Part shown: positions 21,010 through 31,421 of the stretch, in pieces | Layout: the number at the start of each line of letters is the position of its first letter | Position numbering within the stretch: the first letter of the stretch is position 1 | NCBI GenBank assembly: GCA_963818475.1 | Contig: CAWFSF010000006.1 | Span: 2,240,001 to 2,304,000 of the forward strand | Length of the DNA stretch: 64,000 bases | Origin: Nitrospirota bacterium | GTDB taxonomy: Bacteria; Nitrospirota; UBA9217 | Reading direction: 5' to 3' | The notes under the pieces: generated by a model | What the model was told of the DNA's origin: nothing | Databases searched by the model: none | Seen by the model: only the letters and a program-made list of their open reading frames with translations | Translations under genes and position numbers: made by a program

Positions 21010-21047
21010 ATTACGGTATTGCTATTCTGCATATTGAATCTTGAATA

Positions 21048-22979
21048 TTACGTTGGGATCACGGTTCCCATTTCCGACACATCATAGCCGCCCATATCCC
21101 TGATGTGGTCTCGGAAAGCCCTGTCTTCACGAATAATGCCGAGCAGCGCCTGCAGCATGGGATCGTGGTAGTACTCGCCCAGGATCGCGAGGTCATACCG
21201 CTCGTTCGCCACAGGCACGAAGTCGAGATCAAGCGCCTGGGCCGCCGAAAGCACGCCAAGCCCGGTATCAGCAGCGCCGGAAAGCACGGCCGCGGCCACC
21301 GCCATGTGCGTAAATTCCTCGTGATGATACCCCTTTACGGACTTTGGGTCAATTCCTAATCTCTTCAAGTACAGGTCCGTCAAGAGACGCGTGCCTGCTC
21401 CGGCCTGGCGGTTCACAAAAACGACGTCTTCACGCACCAGGTCTTCAAAGCCCCTGATGCCTTTGGGATTGCCCTTCGGCACCATGAATCCCTGTGTCCG
21501 GTGCACCAGGTTCACGAGTACGACCGGTTTGTCCGGAAGAAGCTTCTTGAGGTAGGTCACGTTGTACTCGCCCGTTTCCTCATCGAGCAGATGCGTGCCT
21601 GCACAATGGGCCTCGCCGCGCTTGAGCGCCAGAAGCCCGCCCATGCTGCCCACGTGGGCGGACGAAAAGGAAAGATCCGGATGTTTCTTCTTCAGAAAGT
21701 TCGCAAGTACATCGAGCGCGTTGTCATGGGAGCCGATACAGACGATGGTGTGCCTGATGTCGCGGGGAGACCGGAAAAGCTCCACCGGTACATCGTGCCC
21801 CGCGCCGAGGCCTTCGCTTCCTGCCGGAACGCGTACAATGCCGTCGGCACGCACCAGCGACATGAGCGCTCCTGCCCCCCGGCTCACGGGCGTTGCGATC
21901 AATTTGCCCGAGACACTGCCGACCTTCACGCGGATGAACTCCTCAGTGCCAAGCGAGGACGCAACCTGGCGGCTTAATTTCGCCAAAATGCTTACCGGAG
22001 CGGGTGACGCCAGTCCCAGTAATGCATAGATCAGGGGCTTCACAAAAAGGTTGAACGTTAGCGCTGCAGAGACCGGATATCCCGGAATGCCGATCACGGG
22101 TTTGCCCTGAACAATGGCGAGGATCACGGGCTTGCCGGGCTTGATGGCTACCCCGTGCACCAGGACCTCGCCGAGCTCCGCGATGACATCAGCGGTAAAA
22201 TCTTCCCTGCCTGCGGAAGAACCGGCGTTGATCACCACCAGGTCGGAACCGGAAAGAGCGTCAAGGATGGACTGTTTGAGAAGAGCAGCGTCATCCGTTA
22301 CGATGTTCCTGCGGACCGCATGCGCGCCGCACTCCGTTGCCATGGCCGCAAGCATGGTCGAATTGAAATCGATGATATCGCCCTTTTTGAGCTCGCTGCC
22401 GGGGTCCACCAGTTCGGTCCCGGTGGGCAGGATGGAGATAACAGGTCTTACGCGCAGCATGACCGTGGTGTGACCGCTGGCTAACATGGCTGCCATGTCC
22501 GCCGGCCGAACCGTATGGTTCTCTGAAATGATGAGCTCCGTGGCAACGATGTCCTCGCCCACCAGCCGCACATGCTGCCATGGCGTGGCCGGCTTCAGGA
22601 TCTCGATCTCGGATCCGGACAGCTTCTCCACGTCCTCGATCATGATCACGGCGTCATACCCGTCAGGCATGGGGTCGCCGGTATCGATCGCAACGGCCTG
22701 CGCCGGAACGGTGAGCCGTTTCGGCCTTGTCTCGCTTGCTCCGAAGGTGTCGATGAACCGAACAGCGTACCCATCCATGGCCGCGGAATGATAAAAGGGC
22801 GATGACAGCTTCGCGATCACCGCTTCCGACGTAACGCGCCCCAGCGCATCGCCGACCGGAACCGGCTCTCCCGCGAGCGGTCTGCCGATATTCGCTTTTT
22901 TCAGCGCAGCATCGTATTTCGCGATCGCCTCAGCGAGCGGCAGGTTGTCGAGATATTTTTTTTGTTTGAATTTCTTCAA
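21048..22979 (-). CDS. Molybdopterin biosynthesis MoeA fused to a C-terminal periplasmic-binding-protein-like domain
   Basis: AAMDGYAV, GSSAGREDF and IKPGKP, followed by GSHD...VGSMGGLLALKRGEAHCAGTHL...NRQAGAGTR. Confidence 0.92.
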   Translation of the reverse strand: MKKFKQKKYLDNLPLAEAIAKYDAALKKANIGRPLAGEPVPVGDALGRVTSEAVIAKLSSPFYHSAAMDGYAVRFIDTFGASETRPKRLTVPAQAVAIDTGDPMPDGYDAVIMIEDVEKLSGSEIEILKPATPWQHVRLVGEDIVATELIISENHTVRPADMAAMLASGHTTVMLRVRPVISILPTGTELVDPGSELKKGDIIDFNSTMLAAMATECGAHAVRRNIVTDDAALLKQSILDALSGSDLVVINAGSSAGREDFTADVIAELGEVLVHGVAIKPGKPVILAIVQGKPVIGIPGYPVSAALTFNLFVKPLIYALLGLASPAPVSILAKLSRQVASSLGTEEFIRVKVGSVSGKLIATPVSRGAGALMSLVRADGIVRVPAGSEGLGAGHDVPVELFRSPRDIRHTIVCIGSHDNALDVLANFLKKKHPDLSFSSAHVGSMGGLLALKRGEAHCAGTHLLDEETGEYNVTYLKKLLPDKPVVLVNLVHRTQGFMVPKGNPKGIRGFEDLVREDVVFVNRQAGAGTRLLTDLYLKRLGIDPKSVKGYHHEEFTHMAVAAAVLSGAADTGLGVLSAAQALDLDFVPVANERYDLAILGEYYHDPMLQALLGIIREDRAFRDHIRDMGGYDVSEMGTVIPT

Positions 22980-24257
22980 AACAGCCTCACCTCCACGTCC
23001 TCCCCGACCTCGATCCCGATCTTATTGACCGGCACCACGACCGTGCCCACGGCCTTGACCAGGGTACTGATGAGCCCCGATGCGCCGAACACGGGCCTGG
23101 CCCAGAGGCCGTCGTCCTTTTTCTCGAGCATGACCCGCACATGGTCCTCGCGCCCCGGTGAGGAGGACAATGCTCCTGGCCAGTTTCGCTTTCACGCTGC
23201 GATATGCGGAGACACCCGCAAGCGCGGGATGAGGCACTTCTCCGGTCATGCGCGCAAGGACCGGCTTTACGAACAGTTCAAAACAGATACTGACCGCGGC
23301 AGGATGTCCGGGCAGGCCGAACACCGGCACCTGCTTTGCGGGTGTATTGAGCACGCCCATGATGAGCGGCTTGCCCGGCTTGATGGAAACGCCGTGCACC
23401 AGCACGCCGGGCCTGCCCAGATCATTGATCACCTTCGCGGTCAGGTCCATTGTGCCCACGGAACTGCCGCCGGTCATCAGAACAAGATCACAATCCCCAA
23501 GGGCGGCTTCGAGCGCTTCTCGCAACCGGCCATATTCGTCCGGGATAATGCCCCTCTTGAGCGGGATGCCGCCTGTTTGTGCGATGAGCCCTTCAAGATT
23601 GTAGGAATTGATGTCGCGCACCTGGCCGGGAGCGGGTGCAGTGTCGGCGGGAACAACTTCATTGCCGGTGTTGATGATCGCCACCCTTGGTTTTTCAAAA
23701 ACACGGATACGAGTAATGCCGACGCCTGCCAGTGCGCCCATGTCCTGCGGCCGCATCCGGTGGCCGCGGCTCAGGATGATCTCGCCTTTTTTGATATCAT
23801 CGCCGGCCTGGACCACGTTCTCGAGCGGTGCAACGGGCTTCACCACTTCGATCTGCACTGCGTCTACAGACTGGGTCTGCTCAAGCATGACCACGGCATC
23901 GGCCCCTTTCGGGAGTGCGCCGCCGGTCGCGATCTTCATGGTTTCACCTGCGGACAGGGCGCGGTCTGGCATGCTGCCCATGGCGATATCGCCCACGATC
24001 GTCACCAGTGCAGGCCGCGACTCGGCTGCGCCAAAGGTGTCCGCGCTTCGCACGGCGAATCCGTCCATGGTGGAACGGTCGAACTCAGGGAGGTCTTCAG
24101 GCGACGCGATGTCTAAAGCAACGATCCTGCCGAGGGACAGGCTGATGGAGAGTTCTTCCGGTTTGGGTGAGGCAATGGTCAGATGGAGCTCAAGCGCCTT
24201 GAACGCTTCCTCCCGGGATACTACGCCGGACCGGCCGAGCATGTCTTTCATGGTCAT
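22976..24257 (-). CDS. moeA: Molybdopterin molybdenumtransferase MoeA; probable indel near 23168
   Basis: RSTMDGFAV, IATGGALPKGADAVVM, GGSSVG and GLPGHP. C-terminus continues in ORF 22976-23170. Confidence 0.92.
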
Positions 24258-24273
24258 GAATACCCCAATGATT

Positions 24274-24401
24274 AAATTCCAAATCCTAATATCGAAATCC
24301 TAAATAAATCACAAAAAGCAATCATTCAAATTCGAAACGTTCATACTTGAATTTCAGCATTTCGATATTATTTAGGATTTCGGATTTTGCGTTTCGTGCT
24401 T
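24274..24401. repeat. 7-nt-periodic mirror-symmetric intergenic element, copy B
   Basis: Left arm AAATTCC AAATCCT AATATCG AAATCCT AAATAAATCAC...; right arm reverse complement AAGCACG AAACGCA AAATCCG AAATCCT AAATAATATCG... Confidence 0.8.
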
Positions 24402-24402
24402 G

Positions 24403-25335
24403 TTACTTTCCTTCCGCCTTCGCCTTGATCTTGCGCACGTATGATGCGGCCCGCATCCCGGCAACAGACCCTTCGCCCGCCGCGGCGACGATCTGCATCC
24501 CGCCGCAGGTGCAGTCGCCGGCAGCGAACACGCCGTCGAGGTTCATGCGCTGGTGCTTGTCCACGATCAGGCAACCGCGGTCGTCCGTCAGGCCGCCCGC
24601 TTTCAGGATGAGCTGCGAGATGGGGGTGGACCCCATGGCGATGAATACGCCTTCGAGTTCCAGCACGGCCTCGGTCCCATCGCGGCTGATCCTGAGCCCC
24701 GTGACCAGTTCATCTCCCACGACGGCATGGATCTTCGCCACGGGAAGGATCTCCACGTTCGGCTTGGACTTGAGCCGGGCCAGGACGGCAGTCACGATAT
24801 CAAGCTCCTTGTGCGGCACCACGGTGACCTTCTCGGCGAGGTCGGCAAGATGAAGCGCTTCCTCCGCAGCCTCGTTGTCGGATCCGACCACCGCGACCTT
24901 CCTGCCCTTGAAGAAGTTGCCGTCACAGGTGGCGCAGTAGGACACACCCTTGCCGAGGAACTCCTTGGCGCCGGGCACTTCGAGCTTTTTCCTGGCCACG
25001 CCGATCGCGATGATCACCACGTGCCCTTCATAGACCTCGTCGCGGGTGCGCACGCGCTTGATCTCGCCCGTAAGCTCCATGTCCACGACTTCCACCGGAT
25101 AGATGATCGTCGCGCCGAATTTCTCGGCCTGTTTTGCCATGATCTGGGTGAGGTCCATGCCGTTGATCGTCTCATACCCGGGGTAGTTCTCAATATGCGA
25201 GATCTTGGCGGTATAACCGCCGACAAAATCCTTTTCGAGCACTACGCATTTCTGGCCGGCCCTGCCGAGATACAGTGCGGCAGTAAGGCCCGCGGGACCG
25301 GAACCGATGATGATCGCGTCATACATTTGTGCCAT
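24403..25335 (-). CDS. trxB: Thioredoxin-disulfide reductase family FAD oxidoreductase
   Basis: IIGSGPAGLTAA, IENYPG, GVSYCATCDG and GVFAAGD. Confidence 0.85.
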   Translation of the reverse strand: MAQMYDAIIIGSGPAGLTAALYLGRAGQKCVVLEKDFVGGYTAKISHIENYPGYETINGMDLTQIMAKQAEKFGATIIYPVEVVDMELTGEIKRVRTRDEVYEGHVVIIAIGVARKKLEVPGAKEFLGKGVSYCATCDGNFFKGRKVAVVGSDNEAAEEALHLADLAEKVTVVPHKELDIVTAVLARLKSKPNVEILPVAKIHAVVGDELVTGLRISRDGTEAVLELEGVFIAMGSTPISQLILKAGGLTDDRGCLIVDKHQRMNLDGVFAAGDCTCGGMQIVAAAGEGSVAGMRAASYVRKIKAKAEGK

Positions 25336-25538
25336 GAACAATTCCTCCTTCGTAAAACGAATGATTCATTCTATCCAAGAGCCTGAAACAAGTCAACCCC
25401 GGAATCAGCTCATGCCGTTGTTTCGCCATGCAAAAGGGCTGGGCGGACCGGTCTTCGGACCACAGGCACTTCCGTGCTTGCGCACTGCATCGTACTTCGT
25501 GTACTATATTGAAAAAAGAACGATCATTGGGAGGGATC

Positions 25539-25712
25539 ATGGATCAGGAGAGTATTATCGATGTGGTCAGGAAGGCTGCTGCCGAGAACCGGTTGTCTTG
25601 TGAAAAAGCCCGCGAACTGGCGGAGGAGTTGAAGGTCCCGGTCAGCGAGATCGGCAGGATCTGCAACGCGCTGAAGATAAAGATAACCGCATGCCAGCTC
25701 GGCTGCTTTTAG
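25539..25712 (+). CDS. Small conserved hypothetical protein ending in CQLGCF
   Basis: 57 aa with SD GGAGG; RLSCEKA...IGRICN...KITACQLGCF. Confidence 0.8.
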   Translation: MDQESIIDVVRKAAAENRLSCEKARELAEELKVPVSEIGRICNALKIKITACQLGCF

Positions 25713-25713
25713 C

Positions 25714-26847
25714 TCACTGACCGCGGCTCGGATCGGCCTCGCGCACCGGCATGCCGCAGCCCCGGGTATAGCACGTAACCTTGTTCTTTCCTTCTGCTTT
25801 TGACCGGTACAGTGCGATGTCGGCCTCATGCACCAGATCGTTCACTGATTTCTCGTTGCCCTGCCCAACCGTGGAGACGCCGAGGCTGACCGTCACCGGC
25901 TCATGAGGATGCAGCATCTTGACGGTGAAGGGATACTCATCAACGCTGCGTCGTACGCGCTCCGCCACAACAGCGGCCTCCTCCATGCCTGTTTCGCCGA
26001 GGAGGATCGAGAACTCCTCGCCGCCGTAACGGAAGCAGACATCCGTGCTGTCCTTCCGGCATGAGGCCTGCAGCACCGGCCCAATCTGGGCCAGCAGCCT
26101 GCTCCCCTCGAGGTGGCCGTAGCGGTCGTTGATCCGCTTGAAATCATCGATGTCGATCATGATAAAGGAAAACTCGCGGCCGGTCCGCGCCTGCCGCCGC
26201 GCCTCCTCATCGAGCTTTTCGAGCAGCACCCGGTAATTGAGCAGCCCGGTCAATTCGTCGACCCGCGCAAGATCGAGCGTTTTTCTGAACAGCTCGGCCT
26301 TTTCAAGCCCCACCGATATCAAATGGGAGATGGTCCGGATCAGGTCGAAGTCCTCGATGCGGAAGGCGTTGCGTTTGCTGTGGCTCAACCCGATGATGCC
26401 TACGACCTGGGTCTCGTTCTTCAAAGCGACGCCCATATAGCTTCCGGCTTTCCAGGCCTCGTCAGGATGATGGATGAAGCCATCGAACCCGCCGGCATCC
26501 GGCAAATAAAGCGGCTCGCCTGTGGCCGCAATCCGTCCCGGCGCGCCGTTATCGAAAAAGATCGAACCCAGTACCCTGCCCCGGAACAGGGGGCCTTGAA
26601 AGTAAAAAGGCTCCAGCGTGGTCATGTCCTTTCTGACCATGTAGACGAGGGCGTCCTCAAAGTTGATCGCTTTCCCTACCGCAGTGATGACCTTCTGGAC
26701 GAGGTCGTAGGGCTCAAGCTCTGAAGCGATGGTCTTCCCCACCTCATAGAACAAATGCGTTTCCATGAGCTTCCGGTAAAAAAGCGGTTTAAATTCCCGC
26801 ACAGTTTCCGGCATTGCGTCTTTAGGGGCCTTCGTTTTCCTGGGCAT
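25714..26847 (-). CDS. GAF-GGDEF diguanylate cyclase
   Basis: GAF domain, DELTGL, DIDDFKRINDRYGH and RYGGEEF. Confidence 0.92.
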   Translation of the reverse strand: MPRKTKAPKDAMPETVREFKPLFYRKLMETHLFYEVGKTIASELEPYDLVQKVITAVGKAINFEDALVYMVRKDMTTLEPFYFQGPLFRGRVLGSIFFDNGAPGRIAATGEPLYLPDAGGFDGFIHHPDEAWKAGSYMGVALKNETQVVGIIGLSHSKRNAFRIEDFDLIRTISHLISVGLEKAELFRKTLDLARVDELTGLLNYRVLLEKLDEEARRQARTGREFSFIMIDIDDFKRINDRYGHLEGSRLLAQIGPVLQASCRKDSTDVCFRYGGEEFSILLGETGMEEAAVVAERVRRSVDEYPFTVKMLHPHEPVTVSLGVSTVGQGNEKSVNDLVHEADIALYRSKAEGKNKVTCYTRGCGMPVREADPSRGQ

Positions 26848-26976
26848 GCACGACCTTCCTGGACTCCTTCCGGGAACGCTCCCGGAAGGATAAGTAAGTC
26901 AATACTATACCATTTTTTTTCCCGATGCAAATGGAATTATTGGCTTGCACCATATTTCACTGCGGAGGAAAAACCG

Positions 26977-29576
26977 CTATGAAACGGCTACGCTGCCGGC
27001 CCGGCTGTGGAACACCAGCCGGCGATCGTCCCGATCGATGACCACCTGCGAACCTTCCCGCACCTCGCCGGACAGGATCTTCGCAGCAAGGGGATTCAGG
27101 ATCTCCCGCTGAATGACCCGCTTGAGCGGCCGGGCGCCATAGACCAGGTCGAAGCCTTCCTCGGCCATAAGCTCCTTGGCCCCCTCGGTAAGCTCGATCA
27201 CGATCTTCTTGTCAGCAAGCCGTTTCTGCACCTGGCCCACCTGGATGACAACGATGTGCCTGAGCACTTCGGCGTCCAGGGGATGGAAAATGATCATATC
27301 GTCCACGCGGTTCAGGAACTCCGGCTTGAAATGCTGCCGCATCGCCTCCATGACCCGCCGTCCCATTTCTTCCTCGTCGTTCTGTATGTCCTGGATATAC
27401 TGGCTGCCGATATTGGAGGTCATGATGACCACGGTGTTCTTGAAGTCAACGGTCCGCCCCTGGCCGTCGGTCAGCCTGCCGTCGTCGAGCAGCTGCAGGA
27501 GCGTATTGAACACTTCGGGATGCGCTTTTTCGATCTCGTCAAAGAGCACCACGGCGTAGGGCCTTCGGCGCACGGCTTCGGTGAGCTGTCCGCCCTCTTC
27601 GTATCCCACATAGCCCGGAGGCGCGCCGATGAGGCGCGATACCGTATGGCGCTCCTGGTATTCGGACATGTCGATGCGGATCATGGCCTGTTCGTCGTCA
27701 AAGAGGAACTCGGCAAGCGCCCGCGCCAGTTCGGTCTTGCCCACGCCCGTGGGCCCCATGAAGATGAAGCTCCCGATCGGCCGGTTCGGGTCCTGGATCC
27801 CGGCCCGGGCGCGCCGGACCGCGTTGGACACGGCAACGATCGCCTCGTCCTGGCCGACCACGCGCTGACCGAGACGGTCCTCCATGTGGAGCAGCTTCTG
27901 CATGTCCCCTTCCAGCATCTTGCTCACCGGGATGCCGGTCCACTTGGAAACGATCTCCGCCACATCCTCCTCATCCACCTCTTCCTTGAGGATCTTGGTC
28001 TCGGCCTGCACTTTGCTCAGGATCGCCGATTCGGCGGCGAGCTTCTTTTGCAGTTCGATCAATGTTCCGTATCGCAGTTCGGCCGCCCGCCCCAGGTCTC
28101 CCTGACGCTCGGCTTTCTCGGCATCGATCTTCGCCTGCTCCATCTGCTCCTTGATGGTCCTGATCTTCTGGATGCCCTCTTTCTCGGACTGCCACTGCGC
28201 CCGCAGGCCACCCCGCTTCTCCGCCAGGTCGGCGATCTCCTTCTCGATCTTCGCCAGCCGGTCGCGCGATGCGGGGTCCGTCTCTTTCTTGACGGCCTCC
28301 CGCTCGATCTCAAGCTGACGGATCCGCCGCTCCACCTCGTCCAGCTCGACGGGCATGCTGTCGATCTCCATGCGGAGCCGCGACGCGGCCTCGTCGATCA
28401 GGTCGATGGCCTTGTCCGGCAGGAACCGGTCGGCGATGTAGCGGTGCGACAGAAGCGCCGCGCTCACCAGCGCCGCGTCCTTGATCTTCACGCCGTGATG
28501 CACCTCGTAGCGCTCCTTGAGGCCGCGCAGGATCGAGATGGTGTCCTCGACCGAGGGCTCGCGCACCAGCACCGGCTGGAAGCGCCGCTCCAGCGCCGGG
28601 TCCTTCTCGATGTACTTCCGGTACTCGTTCAGGGTCGTCGCGCCGACGCACCGCAGCTCGCCCCGCGCCAGTGCCGGCTTCAGCATGTTGGAGGCGTCCA
28701 TGGCGCCTTCGGCCGCTCCCGCGCCGACCACGGTATGCAGTTCGTCGATGAACAGGATCACTTCTCCCTGCGCTTCGGTCACTTCCTTCAGCACGGCCTT
28801 CAGCCGGTCCTCGAACTCGCCGCGGTACTTGGCGCCGGCAATGAGCGCGCCCATGTCGAGCGCCACCACGCGTTTGTTCTTCAGGCCTTCGGGCACGTCG
28901 CCGCTCACGATGCGCTGCGCCAGCCCCTCGGCGATGGCGGTCTTGCCCACGCCTGGCTCGCCGATCAGGACCGGGTTGTTCTTGGTCCGCCGCGACAGGA
29001 CCTGGACCACGCGCCGGATCTCCTCGTCCCTGCCGATCACCGGATCGAGCTTGCCGCGCCGCGCCGCGTCGGTCAGGTCCCTGCCGTAGCGGGTCAGAGC
29101 CTGGTATTTGTCCTCGGGGTTCTGGTCGGTCACGCGCTGGCTGCCGCGGATGTCGACCAGGACGGTGAAGATGGCGTCACTGGTCACGCCGTGACGCGCC
29201 AGGACTTCCCGTGCCGCACCGTCGCCGTTCGCTGCGGCGATCAGCAGATGTTCCGTGCTGACATACTCGTCCTTGAGCCTCTGGGCCTCTTGCTCCGCCC
29301 GCTCGAACAACTTGTTCAGACGCGGGGAGAGATAGGTCTGCACCAGCCCCTCGATCTTCGGCAGCCGGTCAAGCGCCCCGTCGAGGTCCGCCTTCAGCCT
29401 GCCGGGGTCAGCGCCCAGCTTCTTCAAAAGCGGCAGCACCACGCCGTCCGTCTGCTCCAGCAGCGCCGCAAGCAGTGCTCGGTCTCGATCTGCTGATGAT
29501 GAAGCTTGCCGGCTATCTCCTGCGCTGCCTGCACCGCTTCTTGCGATTTCAAGGTGAACTTGTCATAACGTGCCAT
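26977..29576 (-). CDS. clpB: Chaperone ClpB; probable indel near 29475
   Basis: Start [14 protein letters not shown], two AAA modules ([16 protein letters not shown]) and a long middle coiled coil. Confidence 0.96.
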
Positions 29577-29593
29577 GATGTCCTCCCATTGCG

Positions 29594-29687
29594 TGATACA
29601 CGATGCATGCTACACGATGCATGATACAGGAAGTAAGAAATCGCTGATAGTTTTCATCATGCATCCGGCATCATGCATCCTGTATCA
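29594..29687. repeat. 7-nt-periodic inverted element with GATRCAY units
   Basis: GATACAC GATGCAT GCTACAC GATGCAT GATACAG ... CATCATG CATCCGG CATCATG CATCCTG TATCA; terminal inverted repeat TGATACA/TGTATCA. Confidence 0.75.
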
Positions 29688-30065
29688 TTCCTCTCTCCTC
29701 ACCACGATACTTCTCACCTGCACACGTGCTTTTTTCCGGTTTTCTTCCTGGCGCCGCATCTCGAACAATTCCTCCTGGAGCTGCCTGATCGTCTCCTCCA
29801 TGCTCCGCTGCATCTGCTCCATCTTCTCGCGCATCGAGAGGATCACCTCGACGCCCGCAAGGTTGACGCCGAGGTCGCGCGTGAGCCGCAGCACCATTTC
29901 GAGCTTCTCGATGTCGTCTTCGGAATACAGCCGCGTATTCCCAACGCTCCGCGACGGTTTGATAAAACCTTCGCGTTCATAGATCCTGAGCGTCTGAGGA
30001 TGGATCCCCAGCATTTCCGACACCACACTGATCATATACAGCCGATGTTTTCGCTCAGCCATCAC
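29685..30065 (-). CDS. hspR: MerR-family heat-shock repressor HspR
   Basis: YMISVVSEMLGIHPQTLRIYEREG...RLYSEDDI...LGVNLAGV; located between dnaJ and clpB. Confidence 0.92.
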   Translation of the reverse strand: MMAERKHRLYMISVVSEMLGIHPQTLRIYEREGFIKPSRSVGNTRLYSEDDIEKLEMVLRLTRDLGVNLAGVEVILSMREKMEQMQRSMEETIRQLQEELFEMRRQEENRKKARVQVRSIVVRREE

Positions 30066-30113
30066 ACACCCCGTGGTTCAGTGCGAATTGAACATACCCT
30101 AAAACACACTTCA

Positions 30114-30157
30114 CATTTACTCCGCACTCCGAACACCGAACACCTAACTCCAAACTC
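30114..30157. repeat. Tandem heptamer tract (ACWCCNN units)
   Basis: ACTCCGC ACTCCGA ACACCGA ACACCTA ACTCCAA ACTC, abutting the dnaJ stop codon. Confidence 0.7.
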
Positions 30158-31289
30158 AACTTCTCTTCCTGAAACCCTTGAATGACGTATCCTGACGCGG
30201 GTTGGAAGGATGCAGCTTGTCAAGCTCTCTAAGCAGCTCTTTTCCGCGGTCGCTCAACCCGGCAGGCGTAACCACCTTGATGGTTGCATACTGGTCGCCC
30301 ACACCTCCGCCGCCCAGATGGGGAACGCCTTTTCCCGTGAGCTTCAGCTGCTGCCCCGATTGAACGCCCGGCGGCAGCGTGAGCGTGACCATGCCGTCCA
30401 CGGTCGGGATCTCCACTTTGTCGCCCAATGCCGCTTCCTTTACCGTGACGCGCACATCGGCATAGAGATCGTCGCCTTTTCGCTCAAAATGATGGTGAGG
30501 CCGCACCTTGGTGATGATATAGAGGTCGCCGGAAGGCCCTCCCTTGGCGCCGGCCTCTCCCATGCCCGATACGCGGATCTTGGACCCGTTGTCAACGCCG
30601 GGAGGGATCTTGACATTGATGCGCTCGATCTTCGGCACGATGCCGCTGCCGTTGCAGGACCTGCAGGGATTCGGATTGATCGTGCCTTCTCCGCGGCAGG
30701 TGGGACAGGGCTGGGCGATCTGCATGAATCCTTTTCCCTGGGAAATGCGGCCCGAGCCCATGCAGGTGGGACAGGTCCGCCGCGAACTGCCCGGAGCTGC
30801 GCCCGACCCTGAACAGGCGCCGCACGTTGCATCCCGCCGCAGTTCTACCTGCATGGTCCTTCCATAAATGGCATCTTCAAGGTCCACTTCAACCGAGTAG
30901 GTCAGGTCCTCGCCTTTCTGAGGACCGCGTTGCCGTTCTGCGCCGCCGAAAAGATTTCCAAAGAGGTCCTCGAAATTGCCCCCCCTGAAGAAGTCTCCGC
31001 CCTGGGCCGCGCCCCCAAAGCCTCCTCCCGGCCGCTGCTGAGCATCAAAGCCCTGTTCAAAAGCTGCATGGCCGAACTGGTCGTATTGTTGCCGCTTCTT
31101 CGGGTCTGACAGGACTTCGTAGGCCTCGCTTATTTCCTTGAACTTAGACTCGGAAGCCTTGTCCCCGGGGTTCACATCAGGATGATATTTCCGGGCATAC
31201 TTTCTGAATGCCTTCTTAATTTCAGCTTCGGAAGCCGTTTTTTTCAGACCCAAAAGTTCGTAATAATCACTATTTGTACCAGTTGCCAT
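30156..31289 (-). CDS. dnaJ: Chaperone DnaJ
   Basis: J domain with HPD, G/F-rich region and four CxxCxGxG repeats. Confidence 0.95.
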   Translation of the reverse strand: MATGTNSDYYELLGLKKTASEAEIKKAFRKYARKYHPDVNPGDKASESKFKEISEAYEVLSDPKKRQQYDQFGHAAFEQGFDAQQRPGGGFGGAAQGGDFFRGGNFEDLFGNLFGGAERQRGPQKGEDLTYSVEVDLEDAIYGRTMQVELRRDATCGACSGSGAAPGSSRRTCPTCMGSGRISQGKGFMQIAQPCPTCRGEGTINPNPCRSCNGSGIVPKIERINVKIPPGVDNGSKIRVSGMGEAGAKGGPSGDLYIITKVRPHHHFERKGDDLYADVRVTVKEAALGDKVEIPTVDGMVTLTLPPGVQSGQQLKLTGKGVPHLGGGGVGDQYATIKVVTPAGLSDRGKELLRELDKLHPSNPRQDTSFKGFRKRS

Positions 31290-31318
31290 ATATCCCCCAT
31301 TAACCTTACAATAGTTAT

Positions 31319-31348
31319 AATATAAAATATGAGTCAGTCATTGTCAAG
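31319..31348 (-). promoter_or_regulatory. Sigma70 promoter overlapped by a HAIR-like HspR operator
   Basis: Minus strand TTGACA-17 nt-TATATT. CTTGACA-N7-ACTCATA (31328-31348) matches the HAIR consensus CTTGAGT-N7-ACTCAAG at 10 of 14 positions. Confidence 0.75.
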
Positions 31349-31421
31349 TACGTTTTCATAAAAAAGCGCGTAGCTAAAATATCCCACTACACGCACTAAA
31401 CTAAGATAATTTTAATTCATC

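Noticed and set aside
27007-29496. 829-aa plus-strand ORF antisense to clpB, and similar long antisense ORFs at 6623-8200, 41384-42586 and 50922-52322
   Set aside because: Shadow ORFs expected from high-GC codon bias opposite real genes; no recognisable motifs.
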